A stretch of 59,612 bases of DNA, counting the filler. It is 8 parts of 8 records of this genome, joined end to end, with 100 filler letters (N's around TTAATTAATTAA, not from the genome) between each part and the next. Parts side by side here need not be neighbours in the genome. Positions count along the whole stretch, not along the records: positions 19,225 to 25,020 come from SRR31156797_17289; positions 25,121 to 33,192 come from SRR31156797_17302; 6 more parts are not named here. One strand, written 5' to 3'. Positions 19,225 through 30,600 of the stretch are shown in pieces. The position numbers and the translations under genes were made by a program. The notes beneath the pieces were generated by a model. That model searched no databases, was not told where the DNA came from, and saw nothing but the letters and a program-made list of their open reading frames with translations. Within the stretch, counting starts at the first letter, position 1; the number at the start of each line of letters is the position of its first letter.

Positions 19225-19866
19225 TGGTGGAATGGAATGTGGATTTGGCCACAATTACATAATAGCCAGGGGGGATGGAATGGAGCTACCACTTTGGGAA
19301 GTTTTTATGACCTGTTTGAAGAAAATGATAAACGTTTGTATTATAGTCCGGATGGAGGAAGAGGTTTTGGTTTTTTAGAAGGCTTGCAAACCAAAAGCGA
19401 TGGTACAAATTACCTGAACCGATCGGGAGAACCTTTGGTTTTTACCCGTGAAGTATTACTGACCGGTAATTCCGATTTTGAGGGAATCCGCGTGTTAAAG
19501 TACGATCCGAACAGCGATGATGGCTTTGTTCTGATGCGTTATTCTGATATTCGTTTGTTAAAAGCTGAGGCGATATTACGTGGAGGTACTGCTACAAATG
19601 GAGAAACAGCCGAAGAAATTGTAAATGAACTAAGAACAATCAGAGGAGCAAGCGAAGCTACCGTAAATCTCGATTTATTACTTGAAGAAAGAGGTCGTGA
19701 ACTGTATTGGGAAGGAAAGAGGAGGTCAGATCAGATTCGTTTTGAGACCTTTAGTAAAACTACCTGGGAGTTTAAGGATGTTATGGATGATAATCTGGTA
19801 TTATTTCCAATTCCAAATCTTGCCGTAGAATCCAATCCGAATTTTGTGCAAAATCCGGGGTATTAA
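19225..19866 (+). CDS. susD: RagB/SusD family nutrient-binding lipoprotein, 5'-truncated
   Basis: MRYSDIRLLKAEA, LEERGRELYWEGKRRSDQIRF, FPIP...NPNFVQNPGY. Confidence 0.93.
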   Translation, partial: WWNGMWIWPQLHNSQGGWNGATTLGSFYDLFEENDKRLYYSPDGGRGFGFLEGLQTKSDGTNYLNRSGEPLVFTREVLLTGNSDFEGIRVLKYDPNSDDGFVLMRYSDIRLLKAEAILRGGTATNGETAEEIVNELRTIRGASEATVNLDLLLEERGRELYWEGKRRSDQIRFETFSKTTWEFKDVMDDNLVLFPIPNLAVESNPNFVQNPGY

Positions 19867-19886
19867 GTTTAACATAGATGAATGCT

Positions 19887-19922
19887 GAAGAAAACCTCAA
19901 CCTTTTGAGGTTTTCTTCTTTT
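19887..19922 (+). terminator. Intrinsic terminator
   Basis: GAAGAAAACCTCAA-cctt-TTGAGGTTTTCTTC-TTTT. Confidence 0.85.
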
Positions 19923-20072
19923 ACCCTAAACTGTTCGATATAGTTGTATTATCTCAATTTTTAATTTGAAATTTATGAAATCGACCGCTGTCCAAAAAAT
20001 GCAACACCTTCTTTGTAAAGATCCAATATTAGATGCACAAAAAACATTCAACACTTTTGGGCGGTTGTAAAA

Positions 20073-22073
20073 ATGAAAAATAACCTAAACCTAAAAAATA
20101 TGAACAACAAGCTAATCCTTCTGGTTTTAACCGTATTACTAACACTCAGCCTTCACGCTCAAAATGTTATACATGTTTCTCCAAAATCTTCAAAAAAAGG
20201 AAAAGGTACCGTAGAACTACCATTTAATTCCATTCAATCGGCACAAAAAGCTGTGGCAGAAATGAACAGTTATATGTCGGAAGATATTATTGTTTACCTT
20301 CATGAGGGAAGGTACAATTTAACCGCTCCTCTCGAATTCAAAGAAAAAGATTCAGGTAAAAATGGTTACCACATAATCTATAAAGCTTACAAAAACGAAA
20401 TTCCTGTGCTAAGCGGAGGAAAGAAAATCGTTAGTTGGGAGAAAGTTGAAGGCAATATTTATAAAGCAAAGTTAGAAAGCGAGAGCAAACTTCGAACTTT
20501 ATTCGTGAATGGAAAAAGGATGCGAATGGCTGGTATGGAACAAACGGTCTCGGCACTTGGGAGCTGGGGAAAGTTTCAGGTTAATGGAAATGAATCGTGG
20601 GCTTTGGGTAAGGGGACTGCGCTGGAAGGTATCAAATTTAAAACCGGAGATGTAAAAACATATTCCAATCCGGAAGATGTTGAGTTGGTTCAACTTAATG
20701 TCTGGACCGAAAAAATTCTTTGCGCAAAAGCAGTAGAACGAATTAAAGATACAACTGTTGTAAAACTGCAACAACCATACGGTGCCATTGCTACCAATTT
20801 GGCCTGGGCGGGCAGTATGCATTTAAAAGGTGATTTTATTATTCGTAATGCTTATGAATTGTTAGATTCTCCGGGAGAGTTTTATTTTAACCGCCAAACA
20901 AAAATAATCTATTATTACAGTAATGGAGAAGATATGGCTACAGCTGAAGTTATCGCACCCATATCCGACGGATTAATACGAATTAAAGGTTCATCATGTT
21001 CTTCCAGAGTAAAAAACATTCGTTTTGAAGGAATTACCTTTATGCACGATCATTGGCAGTTAATGGAGGTAGATGGTTCTTATGGTTTTGCCGGGATTCA
21101 AAGTTTGGGAATTGCTGTTAAATATGTACCCGATGGAAACTGGCATCCTACCGAGTATAACAGCATTGATGTTCCAAGAGGTTCAATCCAATTACAAAAT
21201 GCAGAAAATATTGCTATTGTTCACAGCCAATTTAAGGGCTTGAGTTCAGCTGTGGCTGTTAATCTCGAAAATGATGTGAAAAATTGTGAGGTGACTGGAA
21301 ATTATTTTCATGACCTTCTTGGAAATGCTGTAAATATAGGTCATCCGCAACATTATAAAATAGGCGATGGTGCCATTTTTGTTAAGCAAACAGAAGGCCT
21401 TTGTGATAATAACAAGGTTAGCAATAACTACATTCGTAATGTTAGTCTGGATTTCAGGCAAGCCGAAGGCATTACCGCATTTTTTGTTGCAAATACACGC
21501 ATTGAGCATAATGATATTGCAGGTACTCCTTACGGTGCAATTGTTTGTGGATGGTGGTGGGGAAATGCCGGAATTCCACCTTCAAAAGTTGCACGAAACA
21601 ATTATATCCGGTTTAATAAAGCCGGAAACTCTCATCAGGTATTAGACGATGGCGGTATTATTTATTTACTTGGCGAACAACCTGGATCCAGGATTGAAGG
21701 CAATTACCTTTTTAACGGGCCACGATGTATCTACCCCGATGATGGTTCATCATATTTAACCATTACAAAGAATGTGATCGACAATGGACGATTTAAACAC
21801 TGGTGGATTTATTTCTGGAATAAAAGGTGTCATGACAATGTAGTTCACGAAAACCACGTTATGTCCAACCTACTGGTAAATAACAGTGAAAGCACATTGA
21901 TTGGGAAAACCTATAATTATTATGTAGAAGGGGGATTTTCTGGTGAGGCTCAGAATATTATTAAGAATGCAGGTCTGGAAAAGGACTACCTGCATATTCT
22001 TCCTAAATCAGAACCCGAAAAACTTAGCATTTATCCTGACGATTATAAAGTGACCTCATTTATGTTCCATTAG
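20073..22073 (+). CDS. Secreted right-handed beta-helix glycoside hydrolase (GH141-like), paralog A; start may be 20100
   Basis: Signal peptide; GT..LPF.SI..AQ, NAYELLDSPGEFYF, DDGGIIY, IYPDDGSS. Confidence 0.8.
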   Translation: MKNNLNLKNMNNKLILLVLTVLLTLSLHAQNVIHVSPKSSKKGKGTVELPFNSIQSAQKAVAEMNSYMSEDIIVYLHEGRYNLTAPLEFKEKDSGKNGYHIIYKAYKNEIPVLSGGKKIVSWEKVEGNIYKAKLESESKLRTLFVNGKRMRMAGMEQTVSALGSWGKFQVNGNESWALGKGTALEGIKFKTGDVKTYSNPEDVELVQLNVWTEKILCAKAVERIKDTTVVKLQQPYGAIATNLAWAGSMHLKGDFIIRNAYELLDSPGEFYFNRQTKIIYYYSNGEDMATAEVIAPISDGLIRIKGSSCSSRVKNIRFEGITFMHDHWQLMEVDGSYGFAGIQSLGIAVKYVPDGNWHPTEYNSIDVPRGSIQLQNAENIAIVHSQFKGLSSAVAVNLENDVKNCEVTGNYFHDLLGNAVNIGHPQHYKIGDGAIFVKQTEGLCDNNKVSNNYIRNVSLDFRQAEGITAFFVANTRIEHNDIAGTPYGAIVCGWWWGNAGIPPSKVARNNYIRFNKAGNSHQVLDDGGIIYLLGEQPGSRIEGNYLFNGPRCIYPDDGSSYLTITKNVIDNGRFKHWWIYFWNKRCHDNVVHENHVMSNLLVNNSESTLIGKTYNYYVEGGFSGEAQNIIKNAGLEKDYLHILPKSEPEKLSIYPDDYKVTSFMFH

Positions 22074-22205
22074 AATAATTATAGTAAAAAGAGGATGAGC
22101 TGAATGATCAGACATTCTCTTTTTTTCTGTATTGCTTTACAGGTTTTTGTATTTTTAAAGTTTTCAATAATCTTAATGAAATAAAAATCATAACAACTGA
22201 TAACC

Positions 22206-24395
22206 ATGAAAATTAATGTAATAAGCAGAATGTTTAAGCAACAGGTTTTATTAACAGCAACCTTATTGCTTATTGGTGTATGCACCTTATCTGCACAGCA
22301 AGTGATACATGTTGCGACAAATGCAACAAAAAAAGGAAAAGGCACCCTAAAGGCCCCGTTTAATTCCCTTCAGGCTGCCAAAAAGGCTGTAGCAAAGAAG
22401 AACAAAAATATGAAAGAAGACATCATTGTGTATTTGCATGGTGGTACCTACAATCTTTCATCTCCATTGGTTTTTAAAGAAGAAGATTCGGGAACCAACG
22501 GATTTAATGTGGTTTACAAAGCCTATGAGAATGAAACTCCAATAATAAGTGGAGGGAAACAAATTACAGGCTGGGAAAAAGTAGATGAAAACATTTATAA
22601 AGCAGATTTCGAGAGCGACCAAAAGCTAAGAGCATTATTTGTAAACGGTAAACGGATGCGCATGGCAGGTACCGATATTCCTGTTGCCGGTCGGGGAGAT
22701 TGGGGAGAATTTAAAATTTCAGGAGAAGAAAGTTGGGCATTTGGACCAGGGACCACTATCGATGGTATTAAATTTATGTCTGAAGATATTGCAATATATA
22801 AAAATCCGGAAGATATTGAATTGGTTCAATTTAACATTTGGACAGAAAAAATACTTTGTGCACGCGAAATTGAAAAATTTGGAGATACCACTATAATTAA
22901 ATTGCAACAACCTTACGGTGCCATTGCCACATCAATGGCCTGGGCCGGGAAGATAAATTACCAAAAAAACTTTGTGATTCGTAATGCCTACGAGCTTCTG
23001 GATTCACCAGGCGAATTTTACTTTAACCGACAAACAAAAATCCTTTATTATTACAGCAATGGTGAAGACATAACCACCGCAGAGGTAATCGCACCAATAG
23101 CAGATGGTTTATTACACATCGAAGGTTCGTCAATCGATTCCAGGGTGAAAAACATTCGTTTTGAAGGCATTACTTTTTCACACGATCACTGGCAATTGAT
23201 GGAAGTAGCAGGTTCTTATGGTTTTGCAGGTATTCAGTGTTTGGGGCTTGCTGTAAAATACATTCCAAATGGTAACTGGCATCCATCAGAGTACAATAGT
23301 ACAGATATTCCACGTGGCTCAATTAATGTTAAAAATGCGGAAAACATCGTTTTTAAAAGAAACAAGTTTGAACGGCTGAACTCGGCTACTGCCATTAACT
23401 TTGTTAACGATGTTCAAAACAGCGAAGTAAGCGGGAATTATTTTAATAACCTTCTGGGTAATTCTGTAAATATCGGTCATTCGCAACATTATAAAATTGG
23501 TGATGGACCAATAATTGATAATTTGAGTCCGACAGAATACAACAGCAACGAAGTTTCGGCAGGAGGATTGGAAGTAGAAAATGCGAAGCAGTTTGAAGCT
23601 CAGGGGGTAGCTGAGCTGGCAGACCTTTCAAGTGATGTGCAAAACAGCGAAGCAATTGGAAATAATTCTGACGATCAGTACTATAAAAAAGGTGATGGCG
23701 CAATCTTTGGAGTTGGAATAGAAGGCCTTTGTGAATTTAATACTGTGAGCAATAATTACATTCGAAATGTGAGTCTGGATTTTAGACAAGTTGAAGGAAT
23801 TACCTCATTTTTTGTTGCCAATACAACTATCGAACATAACGATATTGAGTGGACACCTTACGGCGCCATAACCTGTGGTTGGTGGTGGGGCAATGCCGGG
23901 ATTCCTCCTTCAAAAGTTGCTAAAAACAACATGGTTCGATTTAACCGCGCTGGTAATACCCATCAGGTGCTCGACGATGGTGGTATCATTTATTTTTTGG
24001 GAGAACAACCAGGATCAGTAATCGAAGGAAATTACGTTTTTAATGGGCCGCGATGTATTTATCCGGATGATGGTTCAGCTTACCTGACCATTAAAAGAAA
24101 TGTAGTTGACAATCCAAGTTACAAATGGATGTGGTTGCATTTCTGGACCAAAAGATGCCATGATAATGTGGCCTACGAAAACTATGTGAAAAATAATCTG
24201 CTGATGGATAACGGCACTAATAATAAGATCGAAAAGACATTCTCATTCAGGGAAGATGAGTTTTCGGAAGAAGCACAAAAGATTATTGAAAATGCTGGAA
24301 TCCAGGACGAGTATAAAGATATTATCCCGGCTGAAGAACCGGAAAGAGTTTATATCCATCCAAAAGATTTTAAAGAAAGAGATGTATTTCATTAA
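22206..24395 (+). CDS. GH141-like beta-helix protein, paralog B (with ~64-aa insertion)
   Basis: Collinear and highly similar to paralog A, with the same motifs. Confidence 0.8.
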   Translation: MKINVISRMFKQQVLLTATLLLIGVCTLSAQQVIHVATNATKKGKGTLKAPFNSLQAAKKAVAKKNKNMKEDIIVYLHGGTYNLSSPLVFKEEDSGTNGFNVVYKAYENETPIISGGKQITGWEKVDENIYKADFESDQKLRALFVNGKRMRMAGTDIPVAGRGDWGEFKISGEESWAFGPGTTIDGIKFMSEDIAIYKNPEDIELVQFNIWTEKILCAREIEKFGDTTIIKLQQPYGAIATSMAWAGKINYQKNFVIRNAYELLDSPGEFYFNRQTKILYYYSNGEDITTAEVIAPIADGLLHIEGSSIDSRVKNIRFEGITFSHDHWQLMEVAGSYGFAGIQCLGLAVKYIPNGNWHPSEYNSTDIPRGSINVKNAENIVFKRNKFERLNSATAINFVNDVQNSEVSGNYFNNLLGNSVNIGHSQHYKIGDGPIIDNLSPTEYNSNEVSAGGLEVENAKQFEAQGVAELADLSSDVQNSEAIGNNSDDQYYKKGDGAIFGVGIEGLCEFNTVSNNYIRNVSLDFRQVEGITSFFVANTTIEHNDIEWTPYGAITCGWWWGNAGIPPSKVAKNNMVRFNRAGNTHQVLDDGGIIYFLGEQPGSVIEGNYVFNGPRCIYPDDGSAYLTIKRNVVDNPSYKWMWLHFWTKRCHDNVAYENYVKNNLLMDNGTNNKIEKTFSFREDEFSEEAQKIIENAGIQDEYKDIIPAEEPERVYIHPKDFKERDVFH

Positions 24396-24414
24396 TTACT
24401 AAATCTGTTGATAA

Positions 24415-25020
24415 CTAGGATTTTCTGTATTTGCCGGGGCCAATACCAATTCGGTTTGAGAATGTAGAAGTAAAGTGTTGTAAAGAAGAAAACCCACAGT
24501 TGTAGGCAATATCTGACAAACTGTTTTTTTCTTCTTTCAGCAACTCAATAGATTTGTCAATTTTGAGATTAATAATATAACTGGCGGGTGGATAGCCTGT
24601 CAGTTTTCGTACTTCATCGGTAAACTTTGTTTTCCCCATCCCAAACCGATGAGCCAAATCATCAATCATCCATTTTTTTGTTAAATCAGTCGAAATCAAC
24701 TGCTTTAAATCAACAATAAAATTATCGTCTTTTTCATTTTGTTGTTGTCGAAAAGAAAGTTGTCGATACAATTCAATAAAGAAATTATCAATCAGGTTTC
24801 CCACCACAATTTCATAACCTGTTTGCTGCTCACAAAGCTCGTTTTTTAACTCCAGAAAAAACTTTTTAAGTTTTTTTACATTTCGTAAAACAATAGTCTT
24901 TTCTTCAGTTAGCTGATGCCCCAGGTTTTCCTGAAGACGTTGTGGTAATTGTGTCCAATTGCCAAGATGTAACGGTGAATTTAGGGTGTAGGACAGTGGT
25001 TTTATTACCATCCAGGAATA
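24415..25020 (-). CDS. AraC family transcriptional regulator, 5'-truncated
   Basis: LAHRFGMGKTKF...LSDIAYNCGFSSLQHFTSTF...GPGKYRK. Confidence 0.92.
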   Translation of the reverse strand, partial: YSWMVIKPLSYTLNSPLHLGNWTQLPQRLQENLGHQLTEEKTIVLRNVKKLKKFFLELKNELCEQQTGYEIVVGNLIDNFFIELYRQLSFRQQQNEKDDNFIVDLKQLISTDLTKKWMIDDLAHRFGMGKTKFTDEVRKLTGYPPASYIINLKIDKSIELLKEEKNSLSDIAYNCGFSSLQHFTSTFSNRIGIGPGKYRKS

Positions 25021-25120
25021 NNNNNNNNNNNNNNNNNNNNNNNNNNNNNNNNNNNNNNNNNNNNTTAATTAATTAANNNNNNNNNNNNNNNNNNNNNNNN
25101 NNNNNNNNNNNNNNNNNNNN
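25021..25120. other. Artificial contig spacer
   Basis: N-run + TTAATTAATTAA + N-run. Confidence 0.98.
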
Positions 25121-25964
25121 CTATCATCTCACCCATTGAAGCTAGTTTTGTCTGTTCAAAGATCAATTCTTCTTTCTTTTTTTCTTCTGTTATATCATTA
25201 ATATAATCGATATAGTGAGTAATATTACCCTGCTTATCTCTTTGAATTGCAGTATTGTTTATAACCCATTTTATCTCATCATGTTTTGTAACTACTCTAT
25301 AATATTCATGCTTGAAATAATCCTCTTTGTTTTGCTGATTAAAAAGAACTTCCTCCCGTACTTTTTCTAGATCATTTTTATGGATACACTCTTCAAAAGT
25401 TATGCTCCCATTATAAAACTCTTGTTGTGTATACCCTAAAAGTTTTTCTACACTTAAAGAGATAAACAAAGCCTCTTTTTTCTCATTGTTTTTCCATTTA
25501 AAAAGGACAGCATCTCCTTTATTAAATAAAGACAATAAAGTATCTTGCTCTTTTTGCTTTAATTCTAGCTCTCTATTTTTTCTAAAAAGCTCAATATAAA
25601 GTCTTAATTTATTAATAAACTGATTATTATTAATAGGTTTTGTAAGATAATCAACTGCTCCACTTTCAAACCCTTTTTGTTGAAACTCTTCCTCTTTAAA
25701 AGCTGCCGTTAAAAATATAATAGGAATCTCTTTTGTTTTTGAACCACGTTTAAGATACTGAGAGGTTTCAAACCCATCCATCACTGGCATCTGAATATCT
25801 AAAATAATAAGGTCGACCTCATTGGCAAAAGCTATTTTTAATGCTTCTTCTCCATTAGTTGCTGTCAAGATATCTATATTGTCAAAATAGTCATTTAAAA
25901 GATATTCCAAAGAGATAATATTAGCAGGTGTATCATCAACAATAAGAAGCTTTAGATTAAACAT
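25121..25964 (-). CDS. REC-PAS-histidine kinase, 3'-truncated
   Basis: LIVDD...ILDIQMPVMDG...YLTKP; PAS_3 (IHKNDL...EYYRV); QTKLASMGEMI leads into the H-box. Confidence 0.88.
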
Positions 25965-27624
25965 TTACTACGGTTCCTTTTTGATATATCTTCTTATCTT
26001 CACTAATGATCTTATATCCCAATTCATCATACAAAGTTTCACTCTCACCTAATATCAATAATCCATTTTCATATAAAGAGTTATCAAATAAATGAAACAC
26101 CTTCATTGTTAAGTTTTTGTTAAAATATATTAACACATTTCTGCATATTATCACTTGAAACTGATTTAAACTTTTTTCTAAAGTAAGATTATGTTTAAAA
26201 AAAAGTATTTTATCTTTTATTATTTTCTTTACGGTTACAAAATCGCTATATTTGTTAAAATATCTTTCAAAGTCATAAATTCCACCTGCTTGTATGTAAT
26301 GTTCTTTAAAAATATCAAAACTTTTATTAGAATAGGTTCCATTTTTTGCATAATCTAAGATCACATCATTAATATCTGTGGCATAAATCAGTGACTTATC
26401 AAGAAGTCCAAGCTCTTTTAGCATAATAGCCATAGAATAAGGCTCCTCCCCACTGCTACATCCAGCACACCATATTTTTATACTATTATTAGTTGCAAAT
26501 CTTTGCTGTATCTGCTCTTTTAGTTTTTGAAAAACTATAGGGTTTCTAAAAAATGTAGTTACATTAATAGAGAGATCTAAAAAAAGCTCTTCAAATACTT
26601 TTCTTTTAGTAAGCACATCCATTTTAAGATCACTAAAACTCTCATAATGTTCATCATTGTAAAAATGCTCTATTCTTCTTTTAATATGCTTTTGCTGATA
26701 TCCTCTATAATCATATCCATATTTTAAATAGATCTCTTCTAAAAAAATATCAAGATTATCTTCAATAGAGTTTTCTTTTGTAATCTTTTCATAGAGCATT
26801 GTAGAGATATCACGAATACTCAGTATCTTATCAAATTGCCTTGTATTGATAGCATTTTCAAGCATCGGTGTCGCTTGACACTCATATAACTGCTCTATAA
26901 AAACAACCCCATGGTTCTCTTTGATCTCTTTTAAAGCATCACTTCCATCAGCTCCATACCCACACACTAAAATAGCTAAAAGTTTTTCTCTATACTCTTT
27001 TGATAAAGAGCTAAAAGTGACACTTATAGATGGTTTTGAAAAGTTTACAGGTGGCTCGTCTGTTAAAAACAGTATCCCATTTTTTACAATCATATGTTTC
27101 CCTGGAGGGGCTAGATAGATAGAAGCTGGTTCTATTTTTAAATTATCCTGCGCATCTATTAGTGTATAATGGGTAGTATATTTTTGTAAGATCTTTTGAA
27201 GATGGCTTGGAGCATCACTTTTTTGATGCATAATAATAAAAAAGACCATATTTGATGATGGAAGATACTTTATAAGTTCTATATATTTTTTCAAACTCCC
27301 TGCACTTCCACCAATAGCAACATATTCAATACTATCTAAAAGATTGACTTTTTTCAGTTTATTATCATAAATTGATTCCACTTTAAAGCCAAGATTCAAA
27401 AGATAATATTTCAGTTTTTCTTCATTGACAATAAACCGTATCTGTTTTTTATACAATTCAAATTTTAAAAGTAGTTTTAAAGGGATAGCTTTTACATTTA
27501 AAAGTGTTATCTCATAATAGATATCACTATTTAAAGTATAGATCAACTCCTCAATTGTTTCTTTGTTTAAAACTTCAATAAATAATTTGCAAGATGTTTC
27601 ACTATTTTGATGGGTTACTATCAT
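25957..27624 (-). CDS. CheB methylesterase-CheR methyltransferase fusion
   Basis: AIGGSAG, IMHQ, GYGADG (S-H-D triad); INVTTFFR, IWCAGCSSGEEPYS, ICRNVLIYF, LGESE. Confidence 0.92.
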   Translation of the reverse strand: MIVTHQNSETSCKLFIEVLNKETIEELIYTLNSDIYYEITLLNVKAIPLKLLLKFELYKKQIRFIVNEEKLKYYLLNLGFKVESIYDNKLKKVNLLDSIEYVAIGGSAGSLKKYIELIKYLPSSNMVFFIIMHQKSDAPSHLQKILQKYTTHYTLIDAQDNLKIEPASIYLAPPGKHMIVKNGILFLTDEPPVNFSKPSISVTFSSLSKEYREKLLAILVCGYGADGSDALKEIKENHGVVFIEQLYECQATPMLENAINTRQFDKILSIRDISTMLYEKITKENSIEDNLDIFLEEIYLKYGYDYRGYQQKHIKRRIEHFYNDEHYESFSDLKMDVLTKRKVFEELFLDLSINVTTFFRNPIVFQKLKEQIQQRFATNNSIKIWCAGCSSGEEPYSMAIMLKELGLLDKSLIYATDINDVILDYAKNGTYSNKSFDIFKEHYIQAGGIYDFERYFNKYSDFVTVKKIIKDKILFFKHNLTLEKSLNQFQVIICRNVLIYFNKNLTMKVFHLFDNSLYENGLLILGESETLYDELGYKIISEDKKIYQKGTVVNV

Positions 27625-30600
27625 TGGTGTTTTCTATCACTCCATACTTTTACTAGACTAATAAGTGCATCCATATCGATAGGTTTTGAGACAAAATCAT
27701 CTGCTCCTAACGAGATACATTTATCACGATCCTCTTTCATAGCTTTTGCTGTAACGGCAATGATAGGAATAGTTTGTAGCTCCTCATCTACTCTTATTGC
27801 CATAATCGCTTCATACCCATCCATCACAGGCATCATTATATCCATCAACACTAGATCAATCTCTTTATTAGCACGTAGTTGATCAATCGCTTCAGCTCCA
27901 TTATATGCTGTAAAAACCCGTGCATTTGATTCATTAAGAATATTATCAAGAACGAAGATATTTTTAATATCATCATCTACCACAAGAACATTCACTCCAT
28001 CTAAATCGATCTCATCTAAGATTACTGTTTTATGTTTTATCTCTTTTTTAATCTCATTATGATCTTGAATAAACTTATCTAGTGTAGTAATAATCTCTTC
28101 AATATCATCTTCTAAGAGTGGCTTTTGACCATACCCTTTGGCACCCATTTTAATAAGCTTTTCATCTTTATCTTTTGAAGAGATGATATATACTGGGATA
28201 TCTTGAAGTTTTTTATCTGCTTTGATAGCTTTTAAAATATCTACGCCATCCATATCAGGAAGTGTTAGATCAAGCATGATCCCACTTACCTTATATTGAT
28301 CAAGAATAGCTAAGCCATCTTTGCCATTATTTACTACTAATCCATAATATCCATTTTTTTTGATAGTCTCATATACTATCTCACTAAAAGCCACATCATC
28401 ATCAATAATAAGTAGCCCACTTTGAGCTCCTATAATCTCTCTATCATCTTTCACACTAATTGGTATAGGCTTTTTTGGTTCTATTTTTGCAAATTCTTTT
28501 TGATCTTTTTCTATAGGATCTATAACTGATTCTTGTTTTACAAGGTTTTCATCTAAATTTGGAAGAGAGATGATAAATTTACTCCCTACATTTTCTGTAG
28601 ACTCTAAACGAATCTCCCCACCTAAAAGATGGGTCAGCTCTTTTGTAATAGAAAGTCCTAAACCTGTTCCACCATATTGTCTACTTGTACTTCCATCAGC
28701 TTGGGTAAAGGCTTCAAAAATAAGCTTCTGTTTCTGCTTTGGTATCCCTATCCCTGTATCACTCACAATAATCTGTACTGGTCTTTTTTTATCAGTTGTT
28801 TTATTCACTTCTAAAGTGATATTTCCATTGTGAGTAAACTTTAAAGAATTAGAAACTAGATTTTTTAAGATTTGAGAGATTCTATTTTGATCACTACTAA
28901 TGATATCATTATAGTTATTGACTACTTTTAACTCTATCCCTTTCTCCTGAGCATTAAAACTATAGAGGTTTTGAATATTTTCTAACAACTCATTTGGATC
29001 AAATTTATCTACTATAACCTCAATCTTTCCAGCTTCTACTTTTGAAAGATCTAAGATATCATTAATAAGTCTTAAAAGCTCATTTCCTGAAGTGTAGATA
29101 GTTTGTGCTTTTTTGATATCATCCTCTTTTAGATTATTCAACTTATTTTTAGCCAATAATTGAGAAAGTAGAATAATAGCATTCAAAGGTGTTCGAAGCT
29201 CATGACTCATATTTGCTAAAAACTCACTTTTATATTTATTTGAAAGCTCTAACTGATCAGCTCTTTTAAAAATCTCTTCTTTTGCTTTTTCAAGATCATG
29301 ATTTTGAAGCTCTAATTGTTGCTGTTGCTCTTCCATTAAAGCATTTGCTTCTTCAAGTTGCTGCTGTTGCTCTTCAAGATTTGTATTAGCTACTTCTAAC
29401 TGTTGCTGTTGCTCTTCCATTGCTGTATTAGCTTCTTCTAGCTGTTGTCTTTGCTCCATTAGTTGTTTATTGTTCTTTTCAGTTTGGGCTAAAAGATTTG
29501 CAACTTTTTCATTTTGAATGGCAGTTGCTATTGCAATAGCAACTACCTCTATCGCTTTATTTAAAAAGGTGATCTTTTTTTGCTCAAAACTACTAATAGA
29601 ACCAAGCTCAATCACCCCATAAAGTTGTTGCTGATACACTAATGGATAGGTAAATGTACTCGTTGGTTTAGTATTTGTAGTCCCTGTTTGAATCACCATA
29701 TCTGTATCATCTTGTATCTCTTGGCGTAAAATAATAGGGGCTTTTTGAAGTCCAACTTGTCCTACAACACCCTCTCCAAGATTATAATAGATTTTTGTAG
29801 TACCACTATTTGTATATGAATAGGTAGCATTTTGTACTAAGTTTTTTTGCTCCGCATTAAAAAGATAGATCACTCCAACACTTGCATCAAGATATTTTGA
29901 GATAAACTGTAAAGCCCCCTGCGTCACATCTTTTACTGAACTATGATCAATAAAAACAAGATTAAGCTCCCCTAATCCCTCTTTAATCCAATCCTCTTCC
30001 TCTTTCTCTTCTAAAACATGCTGAACCTCTATAATCCCTTCATTGACAAACTTAGACATCTTGCCAATCTCATCATTAGATCTTACTTCTAAAAGTTTTA
30101 TATCTTCACGTTCAGATTTTAAAAATTCAAAAAAGTGAATTAATTCATTTTGAAAATAGTTCAAAGGTTTAAACACAGTTTTTCTAATAGAGATAATAGT
30201 AACAATTAATGATACTATCAATAAAATAATCGTCATTAAAGTAAGGTATCTTTTTAGTTCATTTGCTGGCTTTAAAGCTTCTGCTTTATCAATCTCTGCA
30301 ATAATAGCCCATTTTGTCGTATTAAAAATATCTACAGTATGATATATACTTAATACTTCATGCCCCATATAGTCTTTTATAAGCCATTTCCCAATACTTC
30401 GATCACCACCCATCACAGCTCTAGTACTTTTTGTATCAACTTTCAAAACACCAACGGTAGTTCCAAGATCCTGTATCACTGGATTTTTGATATCTTTTTG
30501 AAATCGAGAATTAGTTCGCATATAATAATCACTTCCCACAAGATAACATTCTCCAGTATTTCCTAGACCTGCTCTTTCATATTGTCCACCAAACTGCATA

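Noticed and set aside
19982-20066. Imperfect inverted repeat (ACCGC..TCCAAAA / TTTTGGGCGGT) upstream of the GH141-like gene as an invertible promoter
   Set aside because: Too imperfect for recombinase-type inverted repeats, and there is no recombinase nearby.
20073-24395. Near-duplicate sequence blocks as a DGR template/variable repeat pair
   Set aside because: Similarity covers whole paralogous genes, differences are not adenine-specific, and there is no reverse transcriptase.
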